A stretch of DNA of 64,000 nt from assembly GCA_963696385.1 (NCBI GenBank), contig CAVOKF010000003.1, positions 512,001 to 576,000 of the forward strand. The letters are read 5' to 3'. Under the pieces are notes generated by a model. It saw only the letters and a list, made by a program, of their open reading frames with translations, was not told the origin of the DNA and ran no database searches. Shown here one piece after another: positions 58,707 to 64,000 of this stretch. Position numbers and translations under genes: made by a program. Numbering within the stretch: position 1 is the stretch's first letter; each line of letters opens with the position of its first letter. The DNA comes from an uncultured delta proteobacterium. GTDB taxonomy: Bacteria; Myxococcota_A; Polyangia; Polyangiales; Polyangiaceae.

Positions 58707-59677
58707 TTCAGAAATCCTCCCCGCCGGAAAACGTGCAGGATGAGTTCGTCAAACGGCGTTCCGACGTCGGCCACTGCATACGGCACTTGATGGGTCGCGC
58801 AAAAGCGCTCGATTTCCGACAAATATTGTCCGTACGCTCGAGCAAACCGGTCGAGAACCTTGGCGGTTACCGTGACCTCGCGCTCGTCACCCGTTTCGCA
58901 GTCGCGCAAGAGCACATCGCCGTGCAAGTGCGGCCTCGATTCGGCGCGGTCAATTACGTGGACGACGAAGGGATCGAAGTGATTGTAGCGGAGGACGTTT
59001 ATCCCCCTTTCGAACCCGCCCGGATCGTACAGATCGCTCACGAGCACAGCCAGGCCTCGGCGCTTGTTCCGAGCGACGAACATCTTCATCGCGTCGCCGA
59101 GATCCGTCGCTCCCTCCGACCGAATCTCTCGCAAAAAGCGAAGTACCTTGAAGATGCGCGTTTTCCCACGCGTCTCCGGCATGCGCTTCAGCACCCGATC
59201 GCCGGTGGTGACGATGCTGACTCGATCGAGATTGGCCAAGCCGACGTACGCGAGTGCGGCCACTACCTTCATGCCATACGCGAGTTTTTTCCCGATCGCG
59301 GCGGTCGCGCCGCGCGACTGATTCGTGGCCGTGGTGCCGCCGAACCCCATGGACGCGCTCGTATCGAGGATGAAGTAAATGGCAAGATCTTCCTCTTCTT
59401 CGTATAGACGAACCAGCAGTTTTTCGAATCGCTGATAGACATTCCAGTCGAGCGATCGAAAGTCGTCACCCGGCTGGTAGTCGCGGTGATCCGCGAATTC
59501 GACGCCACTGCCGCTCTTCTTGGTCCGGCGCTCCGCGCGCATGCGTCCCGAGAACACGCGACGGCTGACGAGAGCCAGATAGTCGAGCTTGCGCTGAAAC
59601 TCGTCGTCGAACAGATCGGCCTCCGGAGAGGGGCCGACCCTGGGACGACGTCGGGGCAGAGCATGCAGCAAGCCCAT
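58703..59677 (-). CDS. DUF58 domain protein
   Basis: GSGVEFADHRDYQPGDD.R.LDWN, DTSASM, VSD. Confidence 0.93.
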   Translation of the reverse strand: MGLLHALPRRRPRVGPSPEADLFDDEFQRKLDYLALVSRRVFSGRMRAERRTKKSGSGVEFADHRDYQPGDDFRSLDWNVYQRFEKLLVRLYEEEEDLAIYFILDTSASMGFGGTTATNQSRGATAAIGKKLAYGMKVVAALAYVGLANLDRVSIVTTGDRVLKRMPETRGKTRIFKVLRFLREIRSEGATDLGDAMKMFVARNKRRGLAVLVSDLYDPGGFERGINVLRYNHFDPFVVHVIDRAESRPHLHGDVLLRDCETGDEREVTVTAKVLDRFARAYGQYLSEIERFCATHQVPYAVADVGTPFDELILHVFRRGGFLK

Positions 59678-59698
59678 GAAGCGAGGTTCCCGGGCCGA

Positions 59699-60724
59699 TC
59701 AGTTCGCCGACGCGCGAGCTCCCTGATCGACCTTTCCTTCCGGCACATCCTTGAGGACGGCGTCGATGACTTGGTCGGTCTGAATCCCTTCGGCCTCGCC
59801 CTCGAAGTTGAGCAACACGCGATGGCGAAGCGCCGCGTGAACGACCGCTCTCATGTCGTCGACGCTCGCGGCAAATCGGCCGTCAAACAACGCTCGAATC
59901 TTCGCCGCGAGCAGCACCGACTGCGCGCCGCGCGGCGAGCTGCCGTAGCGCACGAAACGCTTGGCGATATCGGGCGCATCGGGGCCGTCCGGATGGGTCG
60001 CCTGCACGACGCGGATCGCGTAGTCCTGGACGTACCGCGCGACCGGTACCCTGCGGGCGAGACGTTGCATATCCAGAATGGTCGCCCGATCGAGTACGGC
60101 TCGCCGCGGCTCGAGGCCGGAACCGGTCGTCAAGTCGAGAATCCGATGGAGCTCCTCACGATCCGGAAAACGCACGAATAGTTTGAAGAAGAACCGGTCG
60201 AGCTGTGCCTCGGGCAGTGGATACGTGCCTTCCATTTCGAGTGGATTTTGGGTCGCCAGAACCACGAACGGCTCGTCGAGCGAGTGCGTTCGCTTGCCGA
60301 CCGTGACCCGGTGCTCTTGCATCGCCTCCAGCAGGGCGCTTTGGGTCTTGGGCGTCGCACGGTTCACCTCGTCGGCGAGAACGATGTTCGCGAACACGGG
60401 GCCCTTCCGAAACTCAAATGTCTTCGCACCGCCCTGGGTCTCGTCGATCACGGTCGTCCCTAAGATGTCGGCTGGCATGAGGTCGGGCGTGAACTGGATG
60501 CGCGAAAATGTGAGCGACAGCGTCTCGGCCAAGGTGCGAACGAGCATCGTCTTGCCGAGCCCGGGTACGCCTTCGAGCAGGGCGTGCCCGCCGGCGAGCA
60601 TGCAGGTGATCACGCCGTCGATGACTTCGCGATTGCCGACGATTGATTTTGCAATCTCGTCCCGGAGATCGTCGATCTGCTTTCGAAAAATAGAAACTTG
60701 ATCTCGAACGGCTGACGTGTCCAT
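59699..60724 (-). CDS. MoxR-family AAA+ ATPase
   Basis: GVPGLGKT, RIQFTPDLMP, DEVNRA.PKTQSALLE, ATQNP.E.EGTYPLPEAQLDRF. Confidence 0.96.
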   Translation of the reverse strand: MDTSAVRDQVSIFRKQIDDLRDEIAKSIVGNREVIDGVITCMLAGGHALLEGVPGLGKTMLVRTLAETLSLTFSRIQFTPDLMPADILGTTVIDETQGGAKTFEFRKGPVFANIVLADEVNRATPKTQSALLEAMQEHRVTVGKRTHSLDEPFVVLATQNPLEMEGTYPLPEAQLDRFFFKLFVRFPDREELHRILDLTTGSGLEPRRAVLDRATILDMQRLARRVPVARYVQDYAIRVVQATHPDGPDAPDIAKRFVRYGSSPRGAQSVLLAAKIRALFDGRFAASVDDMRAVVHAALRHRVLLNFEGEAEGIQTDQVIDAVLKDVPEGKVDQGARASAN

Positions 60725-60732
60725 CGGTGCGC

Positions 60733-62706
60733 TCAAGGGGCCTCCCGCGGGCGGATGAGATCGAAGTAACGCTTCACGTAAAAGCGATAGCCGCCCGGAA
60801 TTTCGTCCTTGGCGAGCGACTCTTCCGCGACCTGGTGATACTCGGTGAAGACTTTCTGGTAATTGCGCGAAGCGAACCCGCGTTCGGCAGCCCCGAGGAT
60901 CACCTGACTTCGGGTCCCTCCCTGGGCCGAATCGGCCCCTTGCACCTGCGTGTCTTCGGTGCCCATGTTCGGCTGCGTCGGTTGGCCTTGCACGTGGGGA
61001 TCGTGACCCTCTCCCCAACGTCCCGGCGCGCCCGCCTTCGAAGGATTCGCGGCATCGTCGCCCTGCGCCCCTTCCGAGCGGGAACGTGCCTCGGAGAACA
61101 TGAGGATCTTCTCTCCATTGGGGCCGACGATCCACGCTTCGCCGCCCTGCGCGTTTCCCGGCGGGTTGCCACCCGATCCGGGGCCTTGTGCTTGTGCGCC
61201 CGAGCCGCCCGCTTGCCCCCGCGGTCCTTGCGCCTGTCCGCCCTCGCCATCCCGGCTGTCTCCGCTTTGGCCCGCTCCGCCCTGAGACGATCCCCGCTGA
61301 CCCGATTGGCCCCGGGCCATTCGACCGAAGCGCTTCAGGCGAACGACCTGTGAGCCGCCAGCCTGCCCTTGTTGCCGCAACAGCTCGCGCATCTCCTCGA
61401 GCTTCTGCCGCAAGTCGTCCTTTTGCTGCTGCGACATCTCTTGCTGTTCCAACCGGTTCAGGTCCTCCGCGCCTTGATCGAGTTCCTGCGCGCTCAGTCC
61501 GAGGTCTTTCATCAAGTCCTCGGCGGCCTTTTGAAGCTCGCGGTCGAGACGGTCGAGCTGCTGGCCGGCGCTGCGCTGCTCGCTCAAATCGCGATCCAAA
61601 CGGTCGAGCTCCGCCTGCTTCTTGTCGAGAAGGCTGGGCTCTTCGTCGGTGCCGGCGTCGCCGTGGTTCTGCTTCGTCTTGAGGATTTCGTCGGCGAGCT
61701 GCTGACGACGTCGCTCGAGCTGATTCTGCCTTTCCTGCGCCCTTTGGACGGTCTTCTGGATCGCCTCGCGCATCTGATCGAGCTTCGACCTGTCGACCGA
61801 CGCGGATGAGCCGCGCACCTTCTTGGCGAGTTGGTGCAGAGCGTCGCGAGCCTTCGGAAGCTCGTCGTTCGACAGCGCCACGCCCACCGAACGCGTCAGC
61901 TCGGCCTTGCGCATTTCATTGCCCATCGCCTCGAGCCGCTGATCGAGCACCGCCCTGTCGGTCGCACTGGCCAGCCCTAGCTTCTGGTCGAGTGCCTCCA
62001 GGCGCCGGAACACCTCGGTGCGATCGAGACGTTCGCTCGCGATGTCGTCGACGAGCTTGTTAAACTCCTCAATCGTCACTTTGACGTCATCACCGGGGTT
62101 CCGATCGCGGATTTGCTTCAAGAAGTCTTTGACGCCTTCGAGATCGTCCGGGGCCATTTCGATGGGATCGATCGTACGGGCGTGCGCGACGACAGCGTGA
62201 TGGCGAACCTCGAAGAGCATCAAGCCCATCCAGACGCCCGCCAGGCCAGCCGCGACGGCCAGGGCGCGGGGCAGGACGATCGGCACCGCGCGGGCCGGGC
62301 GGGCGCCGCTTGCGAGCGCGACCGCATCGTCGATCGCGGCGTCTGTGAACGGGGTCCGATCGTCGGGCGGCCGCGCCCCAAAGACCAACGCGCTGCCGAG
62401 GCGATCGTGCCATCCGTGAAATCGATCCAGCGCCCGAGCGCCAGCCCTCTCGGGCAGACGCCGGGCGTACGCGACCGCTCCGGTGATGGCGGCCGATGCA
62501 AGCGCAAGCCCCAAGACAATCCGAGCCGCCAGCTCGTCGACGACGCCCACCTTGCGAAGAGCGACATCGAGGATCGCGACGCCAAGCGCAACGCACAGCG
62601 CGTTCGACGTGGAGCGAAGGCCACGAAGGCCACGGATGCGGCGCTCGGCCTGACGCGCCACTCGGTCGATGCGTTGGATACCGGGTCCTTGCCGCTCGCG
62701 GCTCAT
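60733..62706 (-). CDS. Membrane-anchored coiled-coil protein with Gly/Gln-rich tail; first gene of the MoxR operon
   Basis: N-terminal TMs, DRLGSAL, long coiled coil, C-terminal IP.GYR..VKRYF. Confidence 0.8.
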   Translation of the reverse strand: MSRERQGPGIQRIDRVARQAERRIRGLRGLRSTSNALCVALGVAILDVALRKVGVVDELAARIVLGLALASAAITGAVAYARRLPERAGARALDRFHGWHDRLGSALVFGARPPDDRTPFTDAAIDDAVALASGARPARAVPIVLPRALAVAAGLAGVWMGLMLFEVRHHAVVAHARTIDPIEMAPDDLEGVKDFLKQIRDRNPGDDVKVTIEEFNKLVDDIASERLDRTEVFRRLEALDQKLGLASATDRAVLDQRLEAMGNEMRKAELTRSVGVALSNDELPKARDALHQLAKKVRGSSASVDRSKLDQMREAIQKTVQRAQERQNQLERRRQQLADEILKTKQNHGDAGTDEEPSLLDKKQAELDRLDRDLSEQRSAGQQLDRLDRELQKAAEDLMKDLGLSAQELDQGAEDLNRLEQQEMSQQQKDDLRQKLEEMRELLRQQGQAGGSQVVRLKRFGRMARGQSGQRGSSQGGAGQSGDSRDGEGGQAQGPRGQAGGSGAQAQGPGSGGNPPGNAQGGEAWIVGPNGEKILMFSEARSRSEGAQGDDAANPSKAGAPGRWGEGHDPHVQGQPTQPNMGTEDTQVQGADSAQGGTRSQVILGAAERGFASRNYQKVFTEYHQVAEESLAKDEIPGGYRFYVKRYFDLIRPREAP

Positions 62707-63082
62707 GCGTCTAACCCCTGCGGCGAGCCAGGCACGCTCGCCGCAGCTGCTTCCAGGAGTAAACGTTCTGAAGGGCGCAAAGGTTTCCGGTATTTCCGCT
62801 TTCGACGCGCCGTTGCCGCGCGCACGTCCGCTGCACCGTAGTCTAGCAAAGCGTCGGCGGTGTACCCGCCGAGGCTTTGAGGTCGGCATCGTTCGTTCGC
62901 GAGCGCGAAGTCCGATCCGCGTGCACAGGCGCCCACACGCGGGCGATCGGTCGACCACGACGTCGCCGAGCGCTTCCGCCATGAGCGGCCGAGAACGGTG
63001 AAGCGCGTGCCCTGCGCTCCGCTGGGACTGGCTGCACGATTGCGCGTACGCTGTCGCGACAGCACCCGTGCAATCGTCACCG

Positions 63083-64000
63083 ATGACTGGCTGGCCCGAC
63101 CCCGTAGCCGGATCGACGAGCGCTCCGGCGCGAATTCTTCTGGTCGACGACGAAGAGGCGCTCGTGCGCGCGATTGCCCGCGTTTTGATGAGCAGAGGCT
63201 ACGAGGTAGCCACGGCCGGGGACGGACGCCGGGCCGCAGAGCTTTTGGCGCATACGTCGTTCGACGCCGTGGTCAGCGACATCGATATGCCCAAGATGAA
63301 CGGCGTTCAGCTTCTCCAAACGGTCCGTCAGCTCGATTTGGACGTGCCCGTCATCCTCATGACCGGTGATCCCGGCCTTACGACGGCGATGCAGGCGGTC
63401 GCGCTCGGCGCGTTCCGGTACCTGACCAAGCCCATCGACACGGACGACCTCGAGAGGGTCGTGTTGCACGCGGTCCGGCTCAACCATATGGCGCGCATGA
63501 AACGAGAGGCTCTTGCGCTCGTCGGCCATGGAGGATTGGGCCTGAGCGATCGCACCGGGCTCGAAACGAGCTTCGAGCGCGCTCTTTCGACCATGTGGAT
63601 GGCTTACCAGCCCATCGTGCGCGCGGCCGATCGATCGCTCTTCGGGTACGAGGCTCTGCTCCGCAGTGACGACACGGCGCTCCCCCACCCCGGTGCAATC
63701 ATCGACGCCGCCGAACGCCTCTCGCGGCTGCCCGACTTGGGCCGCAAGGCTCGTGCAGCCGCGTGCGTGCCGTTGCCCAAGGCGCCGACCGATGCTCTGC
63801 TCTTCGTCAACCTGCATGCACTCGATCTCATGGACGAGGCGTTGCTGTCGCCCACGTCGCCACTGTCCGCGGTCGCGGATCGCGTCGTGCTCGAAGTCAC
63901 CGAGCGCACCTCACTCGACGAGGTTACGGACCCGCGGCCGAGAATTGCCGAGTTGCGCCGTATGGGCTTTCGAATCGCCATCGACGACTTGGGCGCCGGC
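63083..64000 (+). CDS. REC-EAL response regulator / c-di-GMP phosphodiesterase, 3'-truncated by the window edge
   Basis: Not in the ORF track because it has no stop in the window. My translation from ATG 63083 gives ILLVDDE, SDIDMP, YLTKP, then AYQPIV, GYEALLR, LFVNL, LEVTE, IAIDDLGAG. Confidence 0.92.
   Translation, partial: MTGWPDPVAGSTSAPARILLVDDEEALVRAIARVLMSRGYEVATAGDGRRAAELLAHTSFDAVVSDIDMPKMNGVQLLQTVRQLDLDVPVILMTGDPGLTTAMQAVALGAFRYLTKPIDTDDLERVVLHAVRLNHMARMKREALALVGHGGLGLSDRTGLETSFERALSTMWMAYQPIVRAADRSLFGYEALLRSDDTALPHPGAIIDAAERLSRLPDLGRKARAAACVPLPKAPTDALLFVNLHALDLMDEALLSPTSPLSAVADRVVLEVTERTSLDEVTDPRPRIAELRRMGFRIAIDDLGAG

Noticed and set aside
54009..62706. MoxR-DUF58-vWA operon as a novel system
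   Set aside because: Matches the widespread known MoxR/DUF58/BatA-vWA arrangement.

Overview
High-GC chromosomal segment. Gene content and style (Tgl-like TPR lipoprotein beside recO, mevalonate pathway, ECF-sigma/FecR/LamG cluster, many Cys-lipoproteins with DAG-type linkers) point to a myxobacterium, probably Polyangiaceae-like; this placement is inferred. About 52 protein genes and two tRNAs (Val-CAC, Leu-GAG) are supported. Core blocks are tgl-HTH-recO-pfkB-DUF971-murJ-engB, a mevalonate operon with divergent fni, a MoxR/DUF58/vWA operon, glgP, hisB, trpF and a glutamate-cysteine ligase. No integrase, transposase, phage gene or CRISPR array was seen. The most notable items are: (1) one ORF fusing topoisomerase III to a complete RecQ helicase, with a 90-bp tandem duplication at the junction; (2) a 74-aa Acb2/Tad1-hairpin-like (signal-sponge-like) gene outside any prophage context; (3) a ~100-bp structured repeat in two intergenic regions whose internal stem is preserved despite sequence change; (4) five single-base frameshifts in base runs, one in the normally essential murJ, most likely read errors. 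All calls were made by eye from motifs; no database searches were run.
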